Part shown: in pieces, positions 9,318-19,125 of the stretch
Position numbering within the stretch: position 1 is the first letter of the stretch
Layout of the letters: every line of letters begins with the position of its first letter
Origin: an uncultured Gammaproteobacteria bacterium
GTDB taxonomy: Bacteria > Patescibacteriota > Patescibacteriia > SG8-24 > DYFX01
DNA: 64,000 bases
NCBI GenBank assembly: GCA_964532415.1
Contig: CAZHHN010000003.1
Location: 3,777 to 67,776, forward strand
Direction: 5' to 3'
Position numbers and translations under genes: made by a program
Notes under the pieces: model-generated
Database searches by the model: none
Seen by the model: only the letters and a program-made list of their open reading frames with translations
What the model was told of the DNA's origin: nothing

Positions 9318-10532
9318 TTACGGCGCAGTCGTGAAGCTCCAGGAGAAGTGGCCGCCGGAAACGGCCATCCCGTTCGCGTCCCGGACGGCGTCCGTGAGCG
9401 TCACCGTATAGGTCGCGGCGGGTTGCAGGCTGGCGGCGGGGGTGAACGTCACGGTATTGCCGGAGACGGCGACAGTACCCGGAACCGGCACGCCCCCAAG
9501 AGTGAGCGTGAAGCTGTCAGCCTTCAGCGTGGAATTCGACATCGGCCCGCTGAAGGTCAGGGAGATCGGCGTCGAGACGGCGATGTTGCTCCCGCTGTCC
9601 GGCGGCGAGATCGAGACGACGGAGGTCATGCCCGTACCGGTCGAACCGGCGGTCGTGAAGGTCCAGGTGTAGTTTGAGGCGAGACCGTGATGGTCCGCGT
9701 CCTGCGCGCCGGTGGTGACGGTGGCGGTGTACGTGGTGCTGGGATCGAGCGTGACATTCGGCGTGAAGACGGCCGTATGGTCGGAAAGCGCGACGGTACC
9801 ATAGATCGGCGTGGCGGAACCCGAAGCGGTCAGGGTGAAGGTCGCGCCGTTCAGCGAGGTGGCCGCCATGGCCGCGTTGAAGGTGGCGGAAACCGGGGTC
9901 GAAACGGACACGCCGGTCGCGCCGGTCGCCGGCACGGTCGCGGTCACCTTCGGAACGTTCCCGCCGTTTTCGGTCACGGCGCTCATGTCATCGTTGAACG
10001 AGACGCTGGCGTGCTGCTCGCCCGCCGGATCGAAATCGGCACAGGAAGCGAGCGGCGTCCCGATCTTGTAGTTGACGAAGAAGGCGTCGGAGATGTCGTC
10101 GATCAGCGTGTTCCAGTTCTGTCCGTAAAGCGAGGCGGCACAGGCTTCATCGGGCACGAGGCGCAGCGTGCCGCCATGGCTGACGACATAGGTTTTCGGA
10201 TCGGACTGGATTTTGAGCATCTTGACGCCCGGCCGGTAGGTGACGTTGCCGCCGATCGTGATGGACGCGAGCTCGTCATCGGTGACCTGCTGGACGCCGG
10301 AGAAATCCCCGTACCACGTCATGTAGGCCTTGTCGTTCGTGAAGACGTAACGCTTGCCGTCGGCGCCGCAATAATAGACGGCGGAGAGCGAGCCTTTGAT
10401 GAGCGTGCCGCTCGGGCAGCCGGCAGCCTGCGCGGGCTTCGCGAGGAAGAGCGCGGAAAGGGACCAGACGGCAGCCGCGATCGCGAGCAGAGCCGCCGCT
10501 GTCGCGCGGCGGTACGTGATGGCCTGAGTCAT
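9318..10532 (-). CDS. secreted protein with tandem bacterial Ig-like (SbsA/Big_5-type) domains
   Basis: 404 aa. Signal peptide (AIAAAVWSLSALFLAKPAQA). Repeated ...TVTTGAQDADHHGLASNYTWTFTTA / ...TVTLTDAVRDANGMAVSGGHFSWSFTTAP Ig-like motifs. Confidence 0.5.
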   Translation of the reverse strand: MTQAITYRRATAAALLAIAAAVWSLSALFLAKPAQAAGCPSGTLIKGSLSAVYYCGADGKRYVFTNDKAYMTWYGDFSGVQQVTDDELASITIGGNVTYRPGVKMLKIQSDPKTYVVSHGGTLRLVPDEACAASLYGQNWNTLIDDISDAFFVNYKIGTPLASCADFDPAGEQHASVSFNDDMSAVTENGGNVPKVTATVPATGATGVSVSTPVSATFNAAMAATSLNGATFTLTASGSATPIYGTVALSDHTAVFTPNVTLDPSTTYTATVTTGAQDADHHGLASNYTWTFTTAGSTGTGMTSVVSISPPDSGSNIAVSTPISLTFSGPMSNSTLKADSFTLTLGGVPVPGTVAVSGNTVTFTPAASLQPAATYTVTLTDAVRDANGMAVSGGHFSWSFTTAP

Positions 10533-10613
10533 GAAAGGAAACGAAAAGAATAAACGCGCGTGCCATCGCTACGACGGGAGCGCGCGCGTCTTCTTACATG
10601 CTATGATGCCCGC

Positions 10614-11240
10614 ATGCGCACGGAAGCTTTCACGCGCGAAGAACGCGCCGTCCTCCGGCGGCTCGGCACGCCGGCAAAAATCCAGGATTTCCTGAACGCC
10701 ATTCCGGCCAACCGCGAGCCGGAAGGCGATACCTGCCTGTCGCCGCGCAGGGTGCTGCGCGAACGGCGCGCCCATTGCATCGAAGGCGCCATGCTGGCGG
10801 CGGCCGCTTTCCGTTTCCATGGCCGTCCGCCTTTGATCGTCGACATGGAAGCTTCGCCGGCGGACGACGACCACGTCATTGCCGTCTTCCGGCAGCGCGG
10901 ACACTGGGGCGCGATTTCAAAAACCAACCATCCCGTGCTGCGCTATCGCGAGCCGGTCTATCGCACCGTTCGCGAGCTCGTCATGTCGTATTTCCACGAA
11001 TATACGCCGGTCGGTGGCCGTCGGAAGACACTGCGCACCTATTCGCGCCCGGTCGACCTGTCGCGCTTCGACCGCATCGGCTGGATGACGCGCGAAGGCA
11101 GCGTCTGGGAGGTGCCGGAGTATCTCTGCGAGATCGGGCACTATCCGATCGTGACGCGCGCCCAGATTGCCGGACTGCGCAGACTCGATCCGATCGAAGT
11201 CGCATCGAGCAACATCGAGGAGTGGCCAAAACACCGCTGA
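10614..11240 (+). CDS. transglutaminase-like superfamily protein (putative Cys peptidase fold)
   Basis: RRAHCIEGAMLAAAAFRFHGRPPLIVDM resembles the transglutaminase-core Cys segment, with downstream His (DDHVIAV) and Asp. Start chosen at ATG 10614 with TATGAT 6 nt upstream (near-leaderless). Confidence 0.45.
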   Translation: MRTEAFTREERAVLRRLGTPAKIQDFLNAIPANREPEGDTCLSPRRVLRERRAHCIEGAMLAAAAFRFHGRPPLIVDMEASPADDDHVIAVFRQRGHWGAISKTNHPVLRYREPVYRTVRELVMSYFHEYTPVGGRRKTLRTYSRPVDLSRFDRIGWMTREGSVWEVPEYLCEIGHYPIVTRAQIAGLRRLDPIEVASSNIEEWPKHR

Positions 11241-11277
11241 TCGGATAGGCTGGAGCCATAACTCTTTCCAAGCGCGT

Positions 11278-11469
11278 ATGAGCATGGAGATGCCTGAGCA
11301 ACCGAAGACTCCCAGACAGCAGCGGATCGCGGAGTTGAAGCAGTTAATTGCGGCCAATTCTGGAGATCTCGAGACCGCGGGCGGACAAGATGCGATCGAC
11401 CACAATTACGCCGTCCAAAGCTACGCGAAAGAACTGGAGCAACTGGAACGGGAAGAACAGGGCAACTAG
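11278..11469 (+). CDS. small hypothetical protein (63 aa, coiled-coil-like)
   Basis: ORF MSMEMPEQPKTPRQQRIAELKQLIAANSG...; no clear SD. Weak support. Confidence 0.25.
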   Translation: MSMEMPEQPKTPRQQRIAELKQLIAANSGDLETAGGQDAIDHNYAVQSYAKELEQLEREEQGN

Positions 11470-11490
11470 CCCTGTTTTCGTTTTTGTTGT

Positions 11491-12666
11491 TCAGCGCAGC
11501 CGTCGTTCGAGACCGCGGCGGAACTTCCAGTCATTGAAACGGTTGGCGAAGATGACCGTCGCTCCGGCGGCGATGCTTTCGGTCGAGCCGACCAAGGCGA
11601 GAATCCAGCCGTTGTGCAGCCCGCCGAGCGCGGCGGCCAGCATGCCGACGAAAGGAGCGAGCACCGAACCGAGCAGCAGCCCCATACGCGCGGGGTTGGT
11701 GAAATCCTGACGGATCGCCTCCCGAAGTTCGGAGCGGCCGCTGGCGTGCGCATGCCACTTCCCTTCCCGCTTCAGGGCGCGTACCGATCCGAGATACAAT
11801 CCGACGCTTTGAACGGCGGTGGTGAGCGAAAGCGCCACGGCCGAGAAACCGAAGAGGGCGCCGGCGGCGAGCGTCCAGCCGCGTTCGAGCAGGGCTTCGA
11901 CATGAAATGCCCCATAGGTCGCGAGAGCGAAGATCGGAATCAGAATCAGGAAACGCCTGCGCAGCGTCTTCCAGGAGAATCCCGATCCGCGCAGCGCCAT
12001 GAGTTCGGCGGCTTCCCCGAGCAGATCGTCGGTTGAAGCCGCGAAGACCTTGCCGATGCCGCTTACCCATTTTTCCAAAAAATGCGCGATCGGCCCGATG
12101 ATAAGCAAGGCCTTCAGGATATCCTGGGCAATTTCGGTGCGTTCGTTGGCGTTGTCGATCAGCAGGCGGTAGACGATGTAGTCGACCGAGAGCGGATAGA
12201 GCGTTTCGGAAAGTTCGTTCATCAGACGGCGTTCCCCGCTTCCGATGCCGACGTTCTCCTCGTCGATGAGCACCAGCACCTTGAAAGAGAGGCGCGTCTC
12301 GAGGATGCAGCGGATGTCGGCATCCAGATCGTGCCCCTGGGCGCGGGCGGCGGCCCGGTCGGCTTCGGAAATATTCGGAGCGTGCTTTTCCCGCAGCAGC
12401 TCCGGCAGCCAGGTCAGGACGCAATTGTGCTGCGACAGAACGCTGACGCGGCTCACGGCTTCGAGCAGCCGTTCAGGCGCGCGTTCGACCGTACGCACGC
12501 CGATGGCGCGCCCGGAAGCGAGCAGCCCGCGGACCTTTTCTTTCGCGCTGGGATCCCGGGCAAAAACGAAACGGAGCTCGACCGGCAGACGCGCCGCACG
12601 ATCGAGCTCTTCGGGCAGCGAAACGACCTGGACGGAATAGGAGCCGAGCGGGTGGGGCATTTTCAA
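11491..12666 (-). CDS. hypothetical membrane protein (N-terminal soluble domain, C-terminal multi-TM region)
   Basis: 391 aa with varied composition unlike the R/A-rich antisense ORFs. Several predicted TM helices in the C-terminal half. No family recognised. Confidence 0.45.
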   Translation of the reverse strand: MKMPHPLGSYSVQVVSLPEELDRAARLPVELRFVFARDPSAKEKVRGLLASGRAIGVRTVERAPERLLEAVSRVSVLSQHNCVLTWLPELLREKHAPNISEADRAAARAQGHDLDADIRCILETRLSFKVLVLIDEENVGIGSGERRLMNELSETLYPLSVDYIVYRLLIDNANERTEIAQDILKALLIIGPIAHFLEKWVSGIGKVFAASTDDLLGEAAELMALRGSGFSWKTLRRRFLILIPIFALATYGAFHVEALLERGWTLAAGALFGFSAVALSLTTAVQSVGLYLGSVRALKREGKWHAHASGRSELREAIRQDFTNPARMGLLLGSVLAPFVGMLAAALGGLHNGWILALVGSTESIAAGATVIFANRFNDWKFRRGLERRLR

Positions 12667-13253
12667 ACGCTAGGTTTGGCAGGGATCGCGCAGGCCTCCG
12701 GCTCGGTGATCTTTTTCGCGATGCCGAAAATTGATCCGGTCACGACCACGATGCCGAGCCAGGTGAACTCCTGTCCGTGCAGGGGCAGCCAGCTCAGCGC
12801 GCCGACGGTCGCGCCCACGCCCAGCAGGCTGGTAAGAAACACCGAACCGCACGACGCGCAGCCGACGCCGAGCAGCCCGATCATCACGCCGACGGCGCTG
12901 GCGCCGGCCATGCGGTTCAACCGCACTTGGCGGCCCATGTAGTGCGCGATCAGCGCCGCATCCAAGCCAAAGAGGCCCGCCATGATCAGCGTCAACCAGC
13001 CGCCTTCGTGCAGGAAGATCAGGTGTCCGTTCCATACCACCCGCGCAGCCGTCATGAATTTCAGACGCGCATCAAAGGCTGGCTCGCGAAGGATAAAATC
13101 GAGCAGATTCAGGTTCGGAAGCAGCGCCGCGAGCGCGATCACGAAGAACGCGCCGAGAGCGGCCGCCAACCATCCGCGGGAATCAGAAAAGGCTTCCTGA
13201 ATGGCGGCGCGAAGATGGGTCAGCCGTTTCGACATGCCGGCATTATACACCAA
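12663..13253 (-). CDS. membrane protein with intramembrane CxxC motif (possible thiol-disulfide/redox membrane protein)
   Basis: 196 aa, 4-5 TM helices, GVGCASCGS motif. Last gene of the suf-associated operon. Confidence 0.45.
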   Translation of the reverse strand: MVYNAGMSKRLTHLRAAIQEAFSDSRGWLAAALGAFFVIALAALLPNLNLLDFILREPAFDARLKFMTAARVVWNGHLIFLHEGGWLTLIMAGLFGLDAALIAHYMGRQVRLNRMAGASAVGVMIGLLGVGCASCGSVFLTSLLGVGATVGALSWLPLHGQEFTWLGIVVVTGSIFGIAKKITEPEACAIPAKPSV

Positions 13254-13533
13254 GCATGGCGCGCAATTCCTCGCTCGGCTGCCAGGGCGGATCGAAAGTG
13301 ATTTCGATATCGACGACGCGCAGGCCGAGTCCGAGCAAGCCGCGTTTCAGGTCGCCGACCAGCTGCGGCCCGAACGGGCAGAGCGGCGTGGTGAAGGTCA
13401 TCTTTACGTTCAGGATTTCCTCGTCGTCCGACAACTCGAAGCCGTAGATCAGCCCGAGCGTCCAAATGTCGATATGCAGCTCGGGATCCTGCGTATGCTT
13501 GAAGACCTCGACGATTTTTTCTTTCATGGTCAT
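13243..13533 (-). CDS. sufT: Fe-S cluster assembly protein SufT-like (DUF59/MIP18 family)
   Basis: 96 aa. DUF59 features (V.D.E.HIDIWTLGLIY.....L.V.MT.TTP.CP). Overlaps the neighbouring genes. Confidence 0.7.
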   Translation of the reverse strand: MTMKEKIVEVFKHTQDPELHIDIWTLGLIYGFELSDDEEILNVKMTFTTPLCPFGPQLVGDLKRGLLGLGLRVVDIEITFDPPWQPSEELRAMLGV

Positions 13534-14018
13534 AGCATGTGTTCAAGGGCGATATCGAGACAGGGTTGGAAATCAAACTTGAAAGTCCGGAACTCCTCGG
13601 GAGTGAAGAATGCCATTTCAACGGATTCAGAATGGTTTGGGATCGACCGCTGATCGATGACGCGTCCTGCATACCATAATCCGTAATTTGTCGGAAATGG
13701 GTAGGGACGGCCATCGCGTTCGTGCGGTTTCGCATGATCCACCCGATGCACGGCGATCATTTCCAGATCGCCGACGATCAGACCCGTTTCTTCATACGTC
13801 TCGCGGCGTATGGCTTCTTCCATGGATTCACCGCGTTCGGCGTGGCCGCCCGGAATGTCCCAACCGCGATGATGACGCGTGAGAGCGATTTTCCCATCTT
13901 TGAAGGCAAAACAAAAGGCGGTGCTGCACAATGCGCGCGCCGGAACGGGATGATCGGCATAGAGCCGCCAGCGCATCTCAGGCGACCATGGCTTGTCAGC
14001 GAGAAGGCGCGGCATCAT
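13530..14018 (-). CDS. NUDIX hydrolase
   Basis: Nudix box GGHAERGESMEEAIRRETYEETGL. Confidence 0.75.
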   Translation of the reverse strand: MMPRLLADKPWSPEMRWRLYADHPVPARALCSTAFCFAFKDGKIALTRHHRGWDIPGGHAERGESMEEAIRRETYEETGLIVGDLEMIAVHRVDHAKPHERDGRPYPFPTNYGLWYAGRVIDQRSIPNHSESVEMAFFTPEEFRTFKFDFQPCLDIALEHML

Positions 14019-14739
14019 AACCTTCTTTCCCGATGCGCGCGGCCAATTCTTTTCCGCCTTCGGCGACGATCTTCCCCTCTTTCATAACGTGCACGACGTC
14101 GGGAGCGAGCGCTTCCAGCATTTTGGGATTATGGCTGATAACGAGAATGCCGATGTCCGGCCCGCGCAGGCGCGAGAGACCGTCGGTCACGATTTTGAGC
14201 GCGTCGACGTCCAGGCCGGAATCGGTCTCGTCCAGCACGGCATAGGCCGGACTGAGCACTGAGAGTTGCAGCACCTCGGCGCGTTTCTTTTCGCCGCCGG
14301 AGAAGCCGGCGTTCAGGTGCCGACGCGCGAAGAGCGGATCGATCTTCAGGTCTTCCATGCGCGCCTGAAGCAGCGCCTGGAATTCCAGAACGCCGAGCGG
14401 CTCCGACTTCACCGCGTTGAAAGCCGTGCGCAGGAAGTTCGAAAGCGTCACGCCGGGAATTTCCGGAGTGGATTGCATCGAGAGGAAGAGGCCGGCCTTC
14501 GCGCGCTCATGCGGCGCGGCGCGGGTGATGTCGGCGCCATCGAGCGCGATCGTGCCGGAAGTGATTTCGCAGGACGGATGCCCGGCGAGCGCGTTGGCGA
14601 AGGTCGATTTGCCGGAACCGTTCGGCCCCATGAGCGCATGAACTTCGCCTTTTTCGATCTCGAGCGAAACGCCTTTGACGATTTCCTTGCCGCCACGCGC
14701 CACCTGCAGGTTGTGGATCTTGAGGGAATGCATAGTCAT
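13996..14739 (-). CDS. sufC: Fe-S cluster assembly ATPase SufC
   Basis: Walker A GPNGSGKST, ABC signature FSGGEKKR, SufC-like length. ATGA overlap with sufU stop. Confidence 0.9.
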   Translation of the reverse strand: MTMHSLKIHNLQVARGGKEIVKGVSLEIEKGEVHALMGPNGSGKSTFANALAGHPSCEITSGTIALDGADITRAAPHERAKAGLFLSMQSTPEIPGVTLSNFLRTAFNAVKSEPLGVLEFQALLQARMEDLKIDPLFARRHLNAGFSGGEKKRAEVLQLSVLSPAYAVLDETDSGLDVDALKIVTDGLSRLRGPDIGILVISHNPKMLEALAPDVVHVMKEGKIVAEGGKELAARIGKEGYDAAPSR

Positions 14740-15107
14740 TTTTTGTTTGCGAGCGCGGACCTGAGCGTCTTGAGCGGGAGCATCGCGCATTTCATGCGCA
14801 TCGGGCCGACCGCGATGCCGAGCAGTTCGAGCATCGCTTTTTCGTCAATCGCCATCGCTTCTGCCAGCGACCGGCCTTTGAGACGCTCGGTCAGCATCGA
14901 GACGCCGGCTTGGCTGATGGCGCAGCCACGACCTTCAAACTTCACGTCTTCCACACGGTCACAAGCATCAAGTTTCAAGAATATCTCAATCGCATCGCCG
15001 CAGGAAGGGTTGAGTTCCCTTGCCTGGAGCATAGCACCCTCAAGCCGACCCGCGTTGCGCGGGTGCCTGTAGTGGTCGAGGATGTTTTCCATGTAGAGGT
15101 CTTCCAT
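14736..15107 (-). CDS. sufU: Fe-S cluster scaffold SufU/IscU-like (NifU N-terminal domain)
   Basis: LNPSCGDAIEI ... GRGCAISQA ... MKCAMLPL conserved Cys motifs. Confidence 0.8.
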   Translation of the reverse strand: MEDLYMENILDHYRHPRNAGRLEGAMLQARELNPSCGDAIEIFLKLDACDRVEDVKFEGRGCAISQAGVSMLTERLKGRSLAEAMAIDEKAMLELLGIAVGPMRMKCAMLPLKTLRSALANKK

Positions 15108-15208
15108 ACTGTTTTGGCATCGTCTGAACGGGTCCTGTCACCTCTCGGCGACATCCCCGTTCGGCGCTGGCGCGCGCCTCAGGGGATATCGCCTGCGGTG
15201 CCACCCGT

Positions 15209-16429
15209 TCAGGCATTCAACCGCAAAGTTTTTTTCGCTTTTTCGATCCCTTCAACGAGCGCTTCAACATCGTGTTCATCATTATAGAGAGAGAAGCTGG
15301 CGCGCGTCGTGCCGGTCAGGCCCAGCCGCGCCATCAGCGGCATGGTGCAGTGATGGCCGCCGCGCACCGCCACTCCTTCGCGGTCGAGCAGCGTGGCGAG
15401 ATCGTGCGGATGCGCGCCGTCGATCGTGAAGGAAATCGCGCCGATGCGCTCTCCCGTTTTCGGTCCGATGATCATCAGCCCCTGAATCGCCGAAAGCCGT
15501 GCGATCGCATACGTCGCCAGCGTGCGATCATGCGCCGCGACGTTTTCCATGCCGATCGCCTGCAGGTACCCGATCGCCGCGCCGAGACCGATCACGCCGG
15601 CAATGTTGGGCGTGCCGGCTTCGAATTTCCACGGCAGATCGTTCCAGGTCGCGGATTCCGGCGTGACTTCGCGGATCATGTCGCCGCCGTACTGGACCGG
15701 CTCCATCTTTTCCAACAGCGCCTTCCTGCCCCAGAGCACGCCGACGCCGGTCGGTCCGAGCATCTTGTGCGCCGAGAAGGCCAGGAAATCGCAGTCGAGT
15801 TCCCGGACATCCACCTGCATGTGCGGAACCGACTGCGCCGCGTCGAGAATCAGGAGCGCCCCGGCGGCATGCGCCAGCACCGCGAATTCCCTGACGGGAT
15901 TGACCGTACCGAGCGCGTTGGAGGCGTGCGCAATCGAGACGATTTTCGTATGCGCTCCGATAAGCGCGCGGGCAGCATCCATGTCGAGCGTGAAATCATC
16001 CTTCATCGGAATGAACCTGAGCGCGAAGCCGTGACGTTTGGCGGCTTGCTGCCACGGCACCAGGTTGGCGTGATGTTCCATTTCGCTCAATACGACCTCA
16101 TCGCCGGGTTTCAGGTTCCGGCCCAGCGAGGCGGCCAGCAGGTTGAGGGCGGCGGTCGTCCCGGACGTGAAGACGACTTCTTCCGGCGCGGAAGCATTCA
16201 AAAAGCTCGCAGCCATCGCACGCACGGCCTCGTAGCGTGCGGTCGCTTCTCCCGCCGTCGCGTACATGCCGCGATGGACGTTGGCGCGACATTCCCGATA
16301 GTAGGCGTCCATGGCCTCGAGCACCGGCTCCGGCGTCAAAGATGACGCGGCCGAGTCCAAGTAGGCCCGCATGCCCATGGCATGGAGGGAGGGAAAATCT
16401 TTCAAGATGTCGGCCGGCAGTTTTTTCAT
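15209..16429 (-). CDS. sufS: cysteine desulfurase SufS (class V aminotransferase)
   Basis: PLP-lysine region SAHKMLGPTGVGVLWG, catalytic loop GHHCTMPL. Start at MKKLPADI. Confidence 0.9.
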   Translation of the reverse strand: MKKLPADILKDFPSLHAMGMRAYLDSAASSLTPEPVLEAMDAYYRECRANVHRGMYATAGEATARYEAVRAMAASFLNASAPEEVVFTSGTTAALNLLAASLGRNLKPGDEVVLSEMEHHANLVPWQQAAKRHGFALRFIPMKDDFTLDMDAARALIGAHTKIVSIAHASNALGTVNPVREFAVLAHAAGALLILDAAQSVPHMQVDVRELDCDFLAFSAHKMLGPTGVGVLWGRKALLEKMEPVQYGGDMIREVTPESATWNDLPWKFEAGTPNIAGVIGLGAAIGYLQAIGMENVAAHDRTLATYAIARLSAIQGLMIIGPKTGERIGAISFTIDGAHPHDLATLLDREGVAVRGGHHCTMPLMARLGLTGTTRASFSLYNDEHDVEALVEGIEKAKKTLRLNA

Positions 16430-16430
16430 A

Positions 16431-17315
16431 TCAGGAAAGTTTGGCGGCGATCGTTTCGGCCAGCGCAGCACGCAGCGTCTCGTCGGCAAGAGACGACAGG
16501 AACGGCTCGATGAACGCCCCGATCAGCATCCATTCGGCGGCGGCACGGTCGAGGCCGCGCGACATCAGGTAAAACATTTTTTCCCCGTCGATCCGCCCGA
16601 TCGAAGCGGCATGGCCGCAGCGCACGTCCGGGTTTTCTATCTCGAGATTCGGCACGGCGTCGATCTCGGCATGTTCCGAAAGCAGCAACGTCTCTTCGCG
16701 CTGGAAACCCGTGCATCCGGACGCCTCCTTCCCGACGCGTACCAAGCCGCGGACGATCGCCTTGGCTTCATCTTTCAGCAGCGCGCGAATGTTCAAATCC
16801 GAGACGGTGCGCGGAGCCGCGTGCCGGATCTCGTGCCAGGCGTCGTAGCGCTGGCGACCGGTTCCGATCAGGAGCGCGGTCGCGGCCACTTCGGCCTGCT
16901 CCCCTTCCAGATGCGTCACGAATGCCGCGCGCGCGAACTCCGGCGAAAGGCAGGCATCGATCCAGCGCAACTTGGCGTTCTTGGCGAGATGCGCTTCGCG
17001 CCGCACGGATTCATACCGGGTATCCCCGACGACGGAAAGGTATTCGACCTGCGCGCCTTCGCCGAGCGAAAGTTCCACCCGCAGCTCACGGGCACCGCGT
17101 GACATTTCAATGAAACGGGCGCGGCTGCCGGCGCCGAGAACGATGCGAAGAACGGCGCGTCCGCCCGGAGCCTCCAGCACGATCAATCCCGCATCCTCCC
17201 CGGCCGGGATATCGACCGACTTCGGCCCGACCTCAACCAAGCCGGAAGGATCGAAGCCTTCGGGCACCTCCGGCATGAAAATGCCGATGCCGTATTTGAG
17301 AAGTTTCTGGGTCAT
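16431..17315 (-). CDS. sufD: Fe-S cluster assembly protein SufD
   Basis: SufB/D family C-terminal region (EIDAVPNLEIENPDVRCGHAASIGRIDGEKMFYLMSRGL). Placed between sufB and sufS. Confidence 0.8.
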   Translation of the reverse strand: MTQKLLKYGIGIFMPEVPEGFDPSGLVEVGPKSVDIPAGEDAGLIVLEAPGGRAVLRIVLGAGSRARFIEMSRGARELRVELSLGEGAQVEYLSVVGDTRYESVRREAHLAKNAKLRWIDACLSPEFARAAFVTHLEGEQAEVAATALLIGTGRQRYDAWHEIRHAAPRTVSDLNIRALLKDEAKAIVRGLVRVGKEASGCTGFQREETLLLSEHAEIDAVPNLEIENPDVRCGHAASIGRIDGEKMFYLMSRGLDRAAAEWMLIGAFIEPFLSSLADETLRAALAETIAAKLS

Positions 17316-17316
17316 A

Positions 17317-18708
17317 TCAGCCGACGGAACCTTCCATTTCGAGTTCGATCAACTTGTTCAGCTCGACGGCGTATTCGAGCGGCAGCGCTTTCACGATCGG
17401 TTCGACGAAGCCGCTCACGATCAGGCGCGTCGCTTCTTCCCGTGAAAGTCCGCGCGACATCAGGTAGAAAAGTTCCTCTTCGCCGATCTTGCCGACGGTC
17501 GCCTCGTGCGCGATTTCGACGTCGTCGTTCGCGATCTTCATCGAAGGATAGGTGTTCGAAACGGAGCCGTCGTCGATCAGCAGCGCATCGCAGCTCACGC
17601 TCGATGTGGCGTGCGCGGCCGCCGGCGTCGCCGTGACGTAGCCGCGATAGGTAGAAACGCCGCCGCCTTTCGAAATGCTCTTGGCGCGGATCGTCGAGGT
17701 CGTGTGCGGCGCGGCATGGATGACTTTCGAGCCGGTGTCCTGATTCTGGCCGGGACCGGCGAAGGCCACGCCGAGCGCATGCGATTGCGCACGTTCGCCG
17801 CGCAAAATCGAACAGGGGTAGAGCATGGTCGTGCCCGAACCCATGTTGCCGTTGATCCATTCGACCACGCCCTTGGCGTCGACGACGGCGCGCTTGGTGT
17901 TGAGATTGTACGTGTTCTTGCTCCAGTTTTCGACGCTGGAATAACGGATGCGCGCGCCGGTCAGCACGTGCAGCTCGACGCAGCCGGCGTGGATCGAGCT
18001 GGCGTTGTAGCGCGGCGCCGAGCAGCCCTCGATGTACTGCACCTCGCTTCCTTCGTCGGCGATGATGAGCGTGTGTTCGAACTGGCCGCCGCGCTCGGCG
18101 TTCATGCGGAAATAGGCCTGGAGCGGCACGTTCACCTTCACGCCCCTGGGAACGTAGATGAAAGTGCCGCCGCTCCAGACCGCGGCGTGCAGCATGATGA
18201 ACTTGTGGTCGTGCGACGGGATGCAGTCCGTCATGAAGTATTTCTTCACGAGTTCCGGGTATTTCCGCACCGCCTCGTCCATGTTCTCGAAGATCACGCC
18301 CTTGTCTTCCCATTCCTTCTTCAGATTGTGATAGACGACTTCGGAATCGTACTGCGCGCCGACGCCCGAAAGCGCGTGGCGCTCCGCCTCCGGAATGCCG
18401 AGCTTCTCGAAGGTTTCGCGGATCTTGTCCGGCACGGTCGCCCACGACTGCGATTCTTCGGCGTCGGGCCGCACGAAATAGGTGATCTGATCAAGATCGA
18501 GCTTCGAGAGATCCGGACCCCATGACGGCATCGGCGTGCGTTTGAACATGGCGAACGCTTTGAGACGCAGATCGAGCATCCACTCCGGTTCCTGCTTGGA
18601 CGCCGAAATTTCCCGAACCACCCCTTCGGCAAGTCCGAGCCCGGCCGCATGGCGCGTCACGCCTTCGGCGGCTTTGTCGTAGACGTCACGAAACTTGGCG
18701 TCGTCCAT
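17317..18708 (-). CDS. sufB: Fe-S cluster assembly protein SufB
   Basis: Highly conserved SufB sequence (GTTMLYPCSILRGERAQSHALGVAFAG...EVEWINGNMGSG). Confidence 0.92.
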   Translation of the reverse strand: MDDAKFRDVYDKAAEGVTRHAAGLGLAEGVVREISASKQEPEWMLDLRLKAFAMFKRTPMPSWGPDLSKLDLDQITYFVRPDAEESQSWATVPDKIRETFEKLGIPEAERHALSGVGAQYDSEVVYHNLKKEWEDKGVIFENMDEAVRKYPELVKKYFMTDCIPSHDHKFIMLHAAVWSGGTFIYVPRGVKVNVPLQAYFRMNAERGGQFEHTLIIADEGSEVQYIEGCSAPRYNASSIHAGCVELHVLTGARIRYSSVENWSKNTYNLNTKRAVVDAKGVVEWINGNMGSGTTMLYPCSILRGERAQSHALGVAFAGPGQNQDTGSKVIHAAPHTTSTIRAKSISKGGGVSTYRGYVTATPAAAHATSSVSCDALLIDDGSVSNTYPSMKIANDDVEIAHEATVGKIGEEELFYLMSRGLSREEATRLIVSGFVEPIVKALPLEYAVELNKLIELEMEGSVG

Positions 18709-18709
18709 A

Positions 18710-19096
18710 TCAGGCGATTTCGGCAATCGAGGTATTCATGAGCGTCGCCATCACCTGGCCCTGCACCTTGGTGATGATGCCGGGGTGGGCGTGATCGTGC
18801 GCATGGGCCGTGCAAGCCCCGATTGCGATCGGGCCTTCGGCGGCATGCAGCACCTCGGCGACGGTGATCGACTTCGCCTCGCGTTTCAGGCGATAGCCGC
18901 CCACCGCGCCGCGCACACCTTCGATCAAGCCGGCTTTACGGAGCTCGCCAGCGACCTGTTCCAGGAACTTGCGGGAAGCGCCGGTCTTCCTGGAAATGAC
19001 CTCGAGCGAAACCAGCTCTCCTGTGTGGAGAGCCAATTCGGAAACGAGGAGCAAGCCGAGTTCGGCTTGGCGGGTGACCTTAAGGAGGGATTTCAT
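18710..19096 (-). CDS. Rrf2-family transcriptional regulator (IscR/SufR-like)
   Basis: 128 aa. Winged-HTH Rrf2 N-terminus, Cys cluster GACTAHAHDHAHP. AAGGAGG SD. First gene of the suf operon. Confidence 0.85.
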   Translation of the reverse strand: MKSLLKVTRQAELGLLLVSELALHTGELVSLEVISRKTGASRKFLEQVAGELRKAGLIEGVRGAVGGYRLKREAKSITVAEVLHAAEGPIAIGACTAHAHDHAHPGIITKVQGQVMATLMNTSIAEIA

Positions 19097-19125
19097 CCAA
19101 ATCCTAGTAGCTTACTGGGAATTGA
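19097..19125. promoter_or_regulatory. pseudo-palindromic candidate Rrf2 operator upstream of the suf operon
   Basis: AATCCTAGTAGCTTACTGGGAATT immediately upstream of the Rrf2 gene start. Imperfect dyad (AATCC/GGAATT, TAGTA/TACTG). Confidence 0.3.

Noticed and set aside
9687-10553. 288-aa + strand ORF
   Set aside because: Antisense to the Ig-like secreted protein gene; Gly/Arg-rich junk.
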